Of a stretch of 32,000 nucleotides of DNA, positions 1 to 8,573 are shown one piece after another (the stretch's first letter is position 1; each line of letters begins with the position of its first letter). The notes under the pieces were generated by a model, which worked only from the letters and a program-made list of their open reading frames with translations, searched no databases and was not told where the DNA came from. Location of the stretch: assembly GCA_015232315.1 (NCBI GenBank), contig JADFZZ010000041.1:1402-33401 (forward strand). Direction: 5' to 3'. Made by a program: the position numbers and the translations under genes. The stretch is from SAR324 cluster bacterium. GTDB lineage: Bacteria; SAR324; NAC60-12.

Positions 1-245
1 CATTTTTCGGTATTATAATCAGAATGTACTATGATGAACATAGTCCGCCACACCTGCATGCGGAATATCAAGGGAAAAAAGCTGTATTTGATTTTGATGG
101 TAATGTAATCCATGGTAAACTTGGTTCCAGAACAGCCAAAAAATTGATTAGAGAGTGGATTGATCTGCATGAAATTGAACTAAAAGAGGATTGGGAATTA
201 GCTCATGCAGGAGAACAACTTAAAAAAATTCAACCATTAGATTGA
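1..245 (+). CDS. DUF4160-family small protein (5' end cut by window edge)
   Basis: The frame of ORF 24..245 stays open back to nt 3 ([22 protein letters not shown]...). It has the FYGIxIxM / H-PPH-H signature of DUF4160 and is clearly paralogous to the complete copy at 7948..8211. Confidence 0.8.
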   Translation, partial: FFGIIIRMYYDEHSPPHLHAEYQGKKAVFDFDGNVIHGKLGSRTAKKLIREWIDLHEIELKEDWELAHAGEQLKKIQPLD

Positions 246-252
246 GGTTTAT

Positions 253-498
253 ATGTGGAATATGAATGAAATCACTCATATTGAATATAAAGACCAGTAT
301 ATCTATCATGTTGCATTCGATGATGGAACAAAGGGGGACATAGATTTTAAGGGCTATCTAAATAGAGGTACTATGTTTAAGCCTTTGAAAAATATTAGTT
401 ATTTTAAACAAGCAACAATTGATGGGGGTACTATAGCCTGGCCGAATGGACTCGATATCGCTCCTGAAACACTTTACGAAAAAATAAAAGCACTTTAA
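253..498 (+). CDS. DUF2442-family small protein
   Basis: 81 aa, starting 7 nt after the DUF4160 ORF. The C-terminal [18 protein letters not shown] motif is typical of DUF2442. Gene order matches 7948..8528. Confidence 0.75.
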   Translation: MWNMNEITHIEYKDQYIYHVAFDDGTKGDIDFKGYLNRGTMFKPLKNISYFKQATIDGGTIAWPNGLDIAPETLYEKIKAL

Positions 499-572
499 AT
501 ATTTTGAACAACAAGAGTTTGGCGAATGTTCCTGTGTCATCGTGTGTCCAAATAGGAGAGTAGAGGCTGTGC

Positions 573-2894
573 ATGGTTGATAAAAAAGCGAAAAAAAAAG
601 AGAAACCGGACAAAATCCTGATTGACAAGTTTTTCAGTCAGATTGCTCAATACCATGAAAAAGCGCCCATTGGGGAGGAAGTTCGCCAGGCTGTACTGGA
701 ATTTCCTGAGTCTTATGAGTTGTTGTTGTTGAATGTGATGGTCTGTCTGTTTGAAAATAAAACAGGGATGGCCTTTCTGGCGCTTAAAAAAATAAGACAA
801 ATATACAGACCTCATATCAATGATTATATTATGGAGGCCCTGGCCTATGTTCAAAAAGGCGGACTGGGACAGGCCCGACAGATTCTTGAATCCCAGGAAA
901 TTGATAGTGTTTACCATCTTATACAAAACCTGTATGGAGGCATGAATTTAAGAGAATGGTTGCTCAAACAGTTCAATCCAATTTTTGAGTCAGGGTATTT
1001 GAAAAAATCGCTTCATGGTTCCTCCCGAAAACCAGACGTTACACCCTCCAGTAAGCAACCCTCCCGTCCTGATAAACCTGTGACACCACCGGGTCAGACT
1101 ACTCCATCCCCCCTGGAAACGCTGAAGAAAGAACTTGAAGAAAAGTATGCGCTTCCCCCGGTGTCGGCTAAAGTCCAGACACGCATGAATCTCAATCTGA
1201 ACGCTTTGACCTTGCCTGATCCCGCCCATTCATTTTCCTATGAGGAACAAAGCTGGTTTCAGTTACGCCATGAATTTCTGAAACTGGGATTACTGCGTGG
1301 CTTTGATGAATTGCTGTGCCTCCCTGCCTTACACAATGTGGACACTTACTGGTATCAGGTAGAAACGGTGCGCAAGGTTCTGAAACGTTTTCGCGGAAGA
1401 GTGTTGTTGGCCGATGAAGTGGGATTGGGGAAAACCATTGAAGCCGGAATGATTCTCAAGGAATATGTGTTGCGGGGAATGGCAGACCGTGTGCTGATCC
1501 TGACGCCGGCATCCCTTGTGGGACAATGGCAGGAAGAAATGAGTACCAAGTTCGGACTGGCATTTGAAACCAGTTACAATGCCCTGATGAAAAATTCACC
1601 GGAACAATTCTGGGCCTGTCCCCGGATCATTGCCTCCATCGCCAGCGCACGAAGGGCGGAACATTTTAACATCCTGACCCAAATGGAATTTGATCTGGTG
1701 ATTGTGGATGAGGCGCACCATCTAAAAAACCGCAACACACAGAACTGGAAACTGGTGGATGCGCTTCAGAAACGGTTTTTGTTACTGCTGTCTGCAACTC
1801 CGGTACAAAACAGCCTCGTGGAGTTATACAATTTGTTGACACTGCTGAAACCCGGAATTTTCAAAACCGAGAAAGAATTCAAAAGCAGTTACATGGTGAC
1901 GGGAAAACCCAGAGTTCCCGCCAATCGGGATCAGATGCGGGAGTTGATGCGTGAGGTCATGATTCGCAACACCCGCTCGTTGGTTGATGTCAAACTTCCG
2001 TTGCGTCATGCCATGACGATGATCCTGGAACCTGAAACAGAAGAATTCCAATGCTATCAGGAATTGCATTCCCTGGTTCAGGAATCCTGGCCGAAAATTC
2101 CGGCGTCTCAACGGATGGCTCTGCACATGCTACTGAGTTCCGCTGGCTCTTCTCCGGTGGCGGCCTGCTCAGGTTTAACCCGGTTTATAGAAAAGCATAA
2201 AGGCTCTTCCGCCTGGGAAAAACTGGCTCAACGTTACCAGAAATGCACTTCCGGGATCAAGGACCAGTCACTGATGGAATTGCTGGACAAAAATCCTGCG
2301 GAAAAAAAAATGATCTTTGTGCACCATTTGAGCACCATGGAACATTTATGCGACCAGCTTAAACTGCGCAAGCTTCCATTTTCCGTCTTTCATGGCGGCA
2401 TGAGCGGACCCGAAAAGGATCAGGCTATCGAGGATTTCCGAGAACAGACAACCGTTCTTGTGTGTACGGAATCGGGCGGCGAAGGGCGGAACGTGCAGTT
2501 TTGCAACACGCTGATCAATTATGACATTCCCTGGAATCCGATGCAGATTGAACAGCGCATTGGACGGATTCACCGGATCGGCCAGAAAAAAGAAGTGTTC
2601 ATCTTCAATCTGGCGGTCAAGGGAACCCTGGAAGAGCAGGTGCTTCGCATTCTGGATGAAAAAATCAATATGTTTGAACTGGTGGTGGGTGAAATCGGCG
2701 CCATCCTGGGTGAGTTGGAAGAAGAAACGGATTTTGCTGAAAGAGTGTTTAACGCATGGATTGAAACCACTGATGAACAACGAACTCAACGGTTTGATGA
2801 GTTGGCAGAACAAATTCTGTCCGCGAAAACTCAGTATGAAGATTCCAAATCACTGGATAATGAACTGTTCGGTGAAGATTTTGAAACAGGATGA
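573..2894 (+). CDS. SNF2-family (RapA/HepA-like) ATPase/helicase with ~260-aa unassigned N-terminal extension
   Basis: 773 aa with the full SNF2 motif set: ADEVGLGKTIEAG (Walker A), VIVDEAHHLKN (DEAH), LLLSATPVQNS, CTESGGEGRNVQF, WNPMQIEQRIGRIHRIGQKK. GAGG lies 6 nt upstream of ATG 573. Confidence 0.9.
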   Translation: MVDKKAKKKEKPDKILIDKFFSQIAQYHEKAPIGEEVRQAVLEFPESYELLLLNVMVCLFENKTGMAFLALKKIRQIYRPHINDYIMEALAYVQKGGLGQARQILESQEIDSVYHLIQNLYGGMNLREWLLKQFNPIFESGYLKKSLHGSSRKPDVTPSSKQPSRPDKPVTPPGQTTPSPLETLKKELEEKYALPPVSAKVQTRMNLNLNALTLPDPAHSFSYEEQSWFQLRHEFLKLGLLRGFDELLCLPALHNVDTYWYQVETVRKVLKRFRGRVLLADEVGLGKTIEAGMILKEYVLRGMADRVLILTPASLVGQWQEEMSTKFGLAFETSYNALMKNSPEQFWACPRIIASIASARRAEHFNILTQMEFDLVIVDEAHHLKNRNTQNWKLVDALQKRFLLLLSATPVQNSLVELYNLLTLLKPGIFKTEKEFKSSYMVTGKPRVPANRDQMRELMREVMIRNTRSLVDVKLPLRHAMTMILEPETEEFQCYQELHSLVQESWPKIPASQRMALHMLLSSAGSSPVAACSGLTRFIEKHKGSSAWEKLAQRYQKCTSGIKDQSLMELLDKNPAEKKMIFVHHLSTMEHLCDQLKLRKLPFSVFHGGMSGPEKDQAIEDFREQTTVLVCTESGGEGRNVQFCNTLINYDIPWNPMQIEQRIGRIHRIGQKKEVFIFNLAVKGTLEEQVLRILDEKINMFELVVGEIGAILGELEEETDFAERVFNAWIETTDEQRTQRFDELAEQILSAKTQYEDSKSLDNELFGEDFETG

Positions 2895-4051
2895 TTATGA
2901 GTTCACTGCTGAATTTTTTTGATAACGTCTTTTCCTTGCAAGGGGCCCAAACCGAATTTGTCGAACCGGAGGGACTGGATATTTTGATTCCGGAGGATTT
3001 ACAGACCACCATCAAAATCCCGGAAATGATACGACTCGGGTTTGGCGAAACCATCCCGCCAGGCGCGCAAAAGGTGAGCCTGGAATCAGACTGGTTTGAA
3101 AAAATTGAACAGTTGATGGCAGACAATGGCGGACTAAACCGGAAGATCTGGAACCTGCCGATCCCTTCCATGTCTGATCCTGAGCGAATGCTGGAACATA
3201 CCTTGTCGCTGTCCAATGCCACCTACCGTTATCAAAGCACCAAAGCCACCTGGAGTCGATACTGGTTTCTGAACTTTCACTACACGGCCCGCTCTGATGA
3301 AACCCGTGAAGGGTTATTGGGGCTTGGTTTCAATCTGGGCACAGGGAGTGTGCTGGATCTGGCTCTGGAACCCCTGCTAACGCAAATCAATGAATTACCC
3401 GCGTTAACCTCCGGAATGTCTGTTCCGGAACAGGAACTTCCCCAGCAATGGAGCGTCTCCCATTTGCAAACCATTTTGAAGCGAAGTATTCCGGAGCGGA
3501 TTCAACAGGATCTGGGCAAATTTCTGTCGGTGATCCAGCGTCACATGGACAATGATCTCAACCGGATTACCCAGTACCATCAGGATATGCGTGCGGAATC
3601 CATTGGAAAACTGCTCCAACTGACACAAAAAAAGGAATTGAGCGACAAACAGGAAAAGGAAAAACAGCGTCATGAGTTGAGACTGGAAGCGGTGCTCCGG
3701 GAATATCAGTCCAAGGTGAGTGACCTGTATCAGAAATACGCGCTGGATATTGAATGCACTCCGGTTCAGATCCTGGAAATTTTGATGCCTGTACAACGGT
3801 GTTTTGTCAATATCCTACGGCGCAAAGGACATAGAATGATCGCGCTCGACTGGAATCCGCTGGTAAAAAAACTGGAAGTCCCTCCTTGTGAATACACGTT
3901 CACCCGGGAAAGTTCGCGAATGGCCTGTGATGATCAGCTCCATCTCATCCATCCTGACGCGCACAAGCCTTGCCCCTCCTGTGAGAAGCCCTTCTGTAGA
4001 GCCTGTTTTCCCGTGCAATGTCCCAAATGCCAGAAAAAGTTCTGCCCCTGA
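2891..4051 (+). CDS. hypothetical protein, SNF2-coupled partner with C-terminal Cys-rich (zinc-ribbon-like) cluster
   Basis: ATG 2891 overlaps the SNF2 stop (ATGA at 2891-2894). 386 aa with no family I recognise. It has a charged coiled-coil (KKELSDKQEKEKQRHELRLEAVLREYQSK) and the C-terminal cluster CPSCEKPFCRACFPVQCPKCQKKFC (three CxxC pairs). Alternative start at ATG 2897. Confidence 0.7.
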   Translation: MIMSSLLNFFDNVFSLQGAQTEFVEPEGLDILIPEDLQTTIKIPEMIRLGFGETIPPGAQKVSLESDWFEKIEQLMADNGGLNRKIWNLPIPSMSDPERMLEHTLSLSNATYRYQSTKATWSRYWFLNFHYTARSDETREGLLGLGFNLGTGSVLDLALEPLLTQINELPALTSGMSVPEQELPQQWSVSHLQTILKRSIPERIQQDLGKFLSVIQRHMDNDLNRITQYHQDMRAESIGKLLQLTQKKELSDKQEKEKQRHELRLEAVLREYQSKVSDLYQKYALDIECTPVQILEILMPVQRCFVNILRRKGHRMIALDWNPLVKKLEVPPCEYTFTRESSRMACDDQLHLIHPDAHKPCPSCEKPFCRACFPVQCPKCQKKFCP

Positions 4052-4266
4052 GTGTTCGGCTCTCCTTGCAAGCCGACGGGATGACACAGGCAAACTGTAA
4101 AGTACGTTTGACTGAATTTGAAAGGTGCCGAAAAAACCATAGAGCCTAAAAATTCACGAAATAATACTTCTATCTTGGAACCTCTCCCCTGTCTGTGGTA
4201 AGACACCCGCCACTGTTAAAACTTCCAGACAATTCCTTCTCACCATTATTTCATTCTCAGTTCCGT

Positions 4267-7200
4267 ATGCGTATCAAAAGTTTGCACGTTTCAGGCTTCA
4301 AGTCCTTCTGTCATAAAGTGGAAATAGAGTTTCAACAAAACGGCGTTACTGTCATTGTCGGTCCCAATGGTTGTGGGAAAAGCAATGTGGTGGACGCAAT
4401 CCGCTGGGTGCTGGGAGAACAGCGGGCCAAGCATTTGCGCGGTGGCGCCATGGAAGACGTGATTTTTGCGGGTAGCGCCTTTCAAAAACCTCTGGGAATG
4501 GCTGAAGTGACCCTGACCTTTTCCAATCTGGATGGGGATGTGCTGACTAAATACATGGATTATACTGAAATTGCTGTCACCCGGCGATTGTACCGCTCTG
4601 GCGAAAGTATTTACATGATCAACAAAACTCCGGTCCGGCTCATGGATATCCGGGAATTGTTTATGGATACCGGCGTGGGTGGTGGCGGTTATTCGATCAT
4701 TGAGCAGGGAAAAGTCGGCGAAATCATCAGCGCCAAACCGTCAGAACGGCGGTTGCTCATTGAGGACGCTGCGGGAATTGTCAAATTTCAATCAAAACGC
4801 CAGCAGGCCGAAAAGCGCATGGAAGAAACCCTCCTGAATCTGAGTCGGGTCGATGACATTTTGAGAGAACTCCATCTTCAGGAAGAAACACTGCGGGATC
4901 AGGTGGTCAAGGCTCAGGCCTACATTCAGGTGCGGGATGAACTTCAGAAAACAGACCAGAACCTGTCTACTTTCCGCTGGAACAAGGCCATCCGCAAAGA
5001 ACAGGAATCAGAACAGACGATTTTGAAATACAAGGAACTTCAATTTGCCCTGCAAAATGAAAAAGCCACGTTGGAAACGGATATCGAACGGGTTTCACTT
5101 CAGGAAGCCATGGTGGAGAAGGAACTGGAAATTCTTCGTGAGGAATTGTTTCAACGGGAACGGGAAATTCAGGATCTGGACAACAAACGCGCTTTGGAAA
5201 AACAGAATATCGCCAACTTTCAGAGCTGGATTGACCGGCATGATGAGGAATTGACGGAACTGCGAGAAAAAATTGTGAATCTGCTCCAGCATCGGAGTGA
5301 AACCGATAATCATCTCGAACAACTCAAACAGCAGCACAAGGAGGTTCAAGCCTTTATCCAGAACATTGAACAGGAACGGTCTGAAGAAGAACTCAAACTG
5401 ACTGAGCTGAATACAGAAATGCAGCAGATGCAACGGAAACTCATCACAGTTCATACCGAATTGACCAACAATACCAATCAACGGTCTTTCATGCAGGATC
5501 GTCTGGATAATTTTCTGGACCGTCATTTGAAAATGAACGATCAATTGCGCTCCAGCGATCAGTTGATCCTTCAGTCAGAACGCAAGGTGGAACAGGCTCA
5601 AACCAAAGTGGAACTGGTTCAGAATGAAAAAGAAACGCAGGAAGAACACTTGCTGAAACTTCAGTCGGATTATGATTCTCAGGAAGAAGCGGTCGAGTTG
5701 ACCCAGTCACGTTTGAAAAAAACGCAGTACGATTTTCATGCCGCCAGTTCCCAATTGGAGTCTTTGAAAAACATTCAGACCCGACATGAGGATTTTGGCG
5801 ATAACGTCAAAAAACTGTTTGATCTTCTCGAAAAAAATCCTGACATGCGTCAACGTTTGGGAATCATGGGAATTCTGGCGGATTTCATTCATATTCCCGC
5901 CCAATATGTCGAACTCATTGGTCCTGTGATGGTCGATTATCTGGACTGGGTCATTGTGAAACAGGCAAACGCACTGCCTGACGTTGAGGCTTTTTGTCAG
6001 CAGAAGGGACTCGGGCGTCTGAATTATATTGCCCTCGATAAACTCGACTTTGACGCACAGCCTGCCACTGACGGACAGCCCATGTCCTCATTCATTGAGT
6101 TCAGAGGCGCGGTGGCCCATTGGGGACAGCGCTTTTTCGGCCTGATTCGGGTTCTTGAGGATTCCGGCAAGACAAACCTTGATCATTTGAATCGTTCTGT
6201 GTCAATCCAGAATACAGCAGAATGGTTGACCGTTAATGGAACGTATGTTCTGCGTAACGGCAGTGTGAGGATTGGCAAGACACAATCCACCACCTTTGGT
6301 TTTCTGGAACGACAGAAAAAGATTGATGAACTTCAGGAACAGACTGAAACCCTGGAAGAACAGGTTGAAGAACTGGAAGGGGACTTGCAGGAACTGACAG
6401 AACAGCAGGAACAACTGGAAGAGGCTATTCAGGAAACCCACGCCCGCACCCATGAACTTGAATTGGAATTATTAAGAAACAACAAGGAACTGGAACACGA
6501 TGTGCTGGAATTTAAACGGGCCCGTCAGGCCCATGAACTCCTGCAATCTGATCTGTCCCTGATTGAGAAGGAAAAAGAAAAGGTAACAGCAAGTCTCCAG
6601 AATGTCAGCGAAGCATTGGTCGCGCTTGAAGACAAACGGTCTGAACTGGAGGATCGACTGACGAGACAACAGGAATCGATCCTGATTCAGAAAAGAATGG
6701 TCGATCAGGTTTCTGAAAACCTGCTGGGACAGCGTGTCGCCTTGACTGAAGCTTTTGAACAATTGAAAAATGCCCAGAAAACAGTGGACCGATTGCATCA
6801 GGAGCATCGCGAAGCTGAAGTCCGACTGGTGATGTTGAACAACGCGCATGAGGATTCCAGAAAAAAGGTTGAACACAGCCAAAAAATAGTTTTCGAAATT
6901 GACGCGAAATTTGAAAACCTGCTGAAAGACCGTGAAGCCGCCAAAGCCCAGCAGGAAGAAACCGCTTTGAAACACCAGGATGTCAGTCAGGAACGCACTG
7001 AGAAAAACGCCGCTCTGCACAAGGTCCGGCAGGATCTGGAACTCCTCATGGGACAGATTCATGAAGAGGATCTGAAAACCACAGAATTCCGATTTCAGCG
7101 GGAACAACTCGAACAGCAGTTATTGACCAGTTACAACCTGACACCGGATGAACTTTCACAGAATCTGGATTTATCAGGGCTGAACGAGAACGAACTGGCT

Positions 7201-7851
7201 GGACAACTGAGAAGCCTGAGAGCAAAAATGGGCGCCATGGACCAGGTCAATCTGGCGGCTCCGGATGAATACGCGCTCCTGACAGAACGGATGGGATTTT
7301 TAACCCGGCAGTCGGATGATCTGAAACATGCTGTGGATGATTTGCAAAAAACCATACGTGAAATCAACAATGAATCCAGACGCCGATTCAGGGAAACATT
7401 TGACATGGTCAACATGCATTTCAAGGAAACCTTCACGACCTTGTTTGGTGGTGGTGACGCTAAAATGGTGCTGACCGAAGCTGAAGATATTCTTGAGGCC
7501 GGGATCGAGATTGTGGCTCAACCTCCTGGCAAGCGGCTTCAGAACCTTAATCTGTTTTCCGGTGGAGAAAAGGCTCTGACCGCGATTTCGCTCATCTTCG
7601 GGATTTTTCTGATCAAACCCAGTCCGTTCTGTTTGCTGGATGAGGTGGACGCACCACTGGACGACACCAACGTCGGTCGTTTCAACCACATGATCCGGAA
7701 GCTCACAGACAACTCACAATTTATTGTTATCACCCATAATAAAAAGACCATGGCGATAGGGGAACGGTTGTATGGTGTTACCATGGAAGAACCCGGTGTT
7801 TCAAAAACCGTTTCAGTTCAATTCAATGAAGCCGAATCTCTCACTGCTTAG
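4267..7851 (+). CDS. smc: chromosome condensation/segregation ATPase SMC
   Basis: The N-terminus MRIKSLHVSGFKSF...GPNGCGKSN..AIRWVLGEQ is canonical SMC. It has long coiled-coil arms, a hinge-like segment (GIMGILADFIHIPAQY), the signature LSGGEKALTA and Walker B CLLDEVDAPLDD. I place the start at ATG 4267 rather than the ORF-track start at 4195, because SMC proteins begin at the M-x-(I/L)K-x-L motif. Confidence 0.9.
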   Translation: MRIKSLHVSGFKSFCHKVEIEFQQNGVTVIVGPNGCGKSNVVDAIRWVLGEQRAKHLRGGAMEDVIFAGSAFQKPLGMAEVTLTFSNLDGDVLTKYMDYTEIAVTRRLYRSGESIYMINKTPVRLMDIRELFMDTGVGGGGYSIIEQGKVGEIISAKPSERRLLIEDAAGIVKFQSKRQQAEKRMEETLLNLSRVDDILRELHLQEETLRDQVVKAQAYIQVRDELQKTDQNLSTFRWNKAIRKEQESEQTILKYKELQFALQNEKATLETDIERVSLQEAMVEKELEILREELFQREREIQDLDNKRALEKQNIANFQSWIDRHDEELTELREKIVNLLQHRSETDNHLEQLKQQHKEVQAFIQNIEQERSEEELKLTELNTEMQQMQRKLITVHTELTNNTNQRSFMQDRLDNFLDRHLKMNDQLRSSDQLILQSERKVEQAQTKVELVQNEKETQEEHLLKLQSDYDSQEEAVELTQSRLKKTQYDFHAASSQLESLKNIQTRHEDFGDNVKKLFDLLEKNPDMRQRLGIMGILADFIHIPAQYVELIGPVMVDYLDWVIVKQANALPDVEAFCQQKGLGRLNYIALDKLDFDAQPATDGQPMSSFIEFRGAVAHWGQRFFGLIRVLEDSGKTNLDHLNRSVSIQNTAEWLTVNGTYVLRNGSVRIGKTQSTTFGFLERQKKIDELQEQTETLEEQVEELEGDLQELTEQQEQLEEAIQETHARTHELELELLRNNKELEHDVLEFKRARQAHELLQSDLSLIEKEKEKVTASLQNVSEALVALEDKRSELEDRLTRQQESILIQKRMVDQVSENLLGQRVALTEAFEQLKNAQKTVDRLHQEHREAEVRLVMLNNAHEDSRKKVEHSQKIVFEIDAKFENLLKDREAAKAQQEETALKHQDVSQERTEKNAALHKVRQDLELLMGQIHEEDLKTTEFRFQREQLEQQLLTSYNLTPDELSQNLDLSGLNENELAGQLRSLRAKMGAMDQVNLAAPDEYALLTERMGFLTRQSDDLKHAVDDLQKTIREINNESRRRFRETFDMVNMHFKETFTTLFGGGDAKMVLTEAEDILEAGIEIVAQPPGKRLQNLNLFSGGEKALTAISLIFGIFLIKPSPFCLLDEVDAPLDDTNVGRFNHMIRKLTDNSQFIVITHNKKTMAIGERLYGVTMEEPGVSKTVSVQFNEAESLTA

Positions 7852-7947
7852 ACATACCATTGAAGTTTAATGAAAAGAAAAAATTAGCCACAGTGACGAA
7901 TTGTTACAGAATAAATGTTATACAGTTACCCTATATCTTGAACCATC

Positions 7948-8211
7948 ATGCCAGAGTTAAGCCGGTTTTACGGAATCATCATCTATATGTTTGCTAAGGA
8001 CCATCCCCCACCTCATTGTCATGTAAAATATGGTGAGTACATGGGGTTGATCAATATTAAAACTGGAGAATTGATTGAGGGAAAACTGCCTCTAAGAGCG
8101 TTACGATTAGTGCAGGATTGGATTGACCTTCATCAAGCGGACTTAGAAAAAAACTGGGAAGAAGCACAAACAGATCACCCTGACTTTCAAAAAATCGAAC
8201 CATTGGAATAG
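7948..8211 (+). CDS. DUF4160-family small protein
   Basis: 87 aa. MPELSRFYGIIIYMFAKDHPPPHCHVKY is the DUF4160 N-terminal signature. Paralogue of 1..245. Confidence 0.8.
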   Translation: MPELSRFYGIIIYMFAKDHPPPHCHVKYGEYMGLINIKTGELIEGKLPLRALRLVQDWIDLHQADLEKNWEEAQTDHPDFQKIEPLE

Positions 8212-8213
8212 TT

Positions 8214-8528
8214 ATGCTTCATGTGATTAAAAAAATTAAACAAGTGACACCATTTTCCCTGATTCTACTTTTCAATACGGGCGAAACTGTACACGTTGAT
8301 TTAGGTAATAAATTGAAGGAATGGTCTCAATCGCCAAAAAGCAAATTTAAAGCATTACTGGATCCAGCTTATTTTCAGAGTGTAAAATTGGACAACGATG
8401 CCCAGACCATATGTTGGGATAATGGAATAGACTTATGTCCTGATGTATTATATTCGATGGGAAAAGTTATAACTGTGTCAAATAAAGTATCTCAAAAAAT
8501 TGCGAAAGAAAGTATCGTAATTGGATAA
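8214..8528 (+). CDS. DUF2442-family small protein
   Basis: 104 aa, starting 2 nt after the DUF4160 ORF. The ICWDNGIDLCPDVLY motif is equivalent to [15 protein letters not shown] in 253..498. Confidence 0.7.
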   Translation: MLHVIKKIKQVTPFSLILLFNTGETVHVDLGNKLKEWSQSPKSKFKALLDPAYFQSVKLDNDAQTICWDNGIDLCPDVLYSMGKVITVSNKVSQKIAKESIVIG

Positions 8529-8573
8529 ACCTGTTTTTAAATTTTCTTTGTATATATTTTTCAGGATCATGTC

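Noticed and set aside
4056-4076. Hairpin TCGGCT-ctccttgca-AGCCGA just after the SNF2-partner gene, as a terminator
   Set aside because: It has a 6-bp stem and no following T-tract, so it is not a convincing intrinsic terminator. I mention it only in the context of possible read-through into smc.
4195-4266. 24-codon N-terminal extension of smc suggested by the ORF track (MVRHPPLLKLPDNSF...)
   Set aside because: SMC proteins begin at the M-x-I/L-K-x-L-x-x-x-G-F-K-S-F motif, which here starts at ATG 4267. The extension has no homology-like character and starts from a non-ATG codon.
6472-7107. Long antisense or alternative-frame ORFs inside large genes (e.g. 537-926, 2749-3222, 5095-5544, 6472-7107, 9216-9893, 12116-12652, 20118-20627, 25285-25938, 27285-28049)
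   Set aside because: All lie fully within strongly supported CDSs on the opposite strand or in another frame. Their translations are low-complexity (F/L/Q-rich mirrors of coiled-coil codons) with no motifs. They are typical shadow ORFs.
4267-7851. The SMC gene as a defence-type SMC-like ATPase (Wadjet JetC / Lamassu LmuB) cooperating with the SNF2 pair
   Set aside because: Its length, the N-terminal motif identity to housekeeping Smc and the canonical hinge-like segment all fit the chromosomal condensin. No JetABD or LmuA-type genes are adjacent.
1-8528. The DUF4160/DUF2442 cassettes as terminal repeats of a composite transposon
   Set aside because: They are in direct orientation and diverged even at protein level, and I see no nucleotide-level repeats or transposase. 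The bracket is noted as a finding but not as a mobile element.
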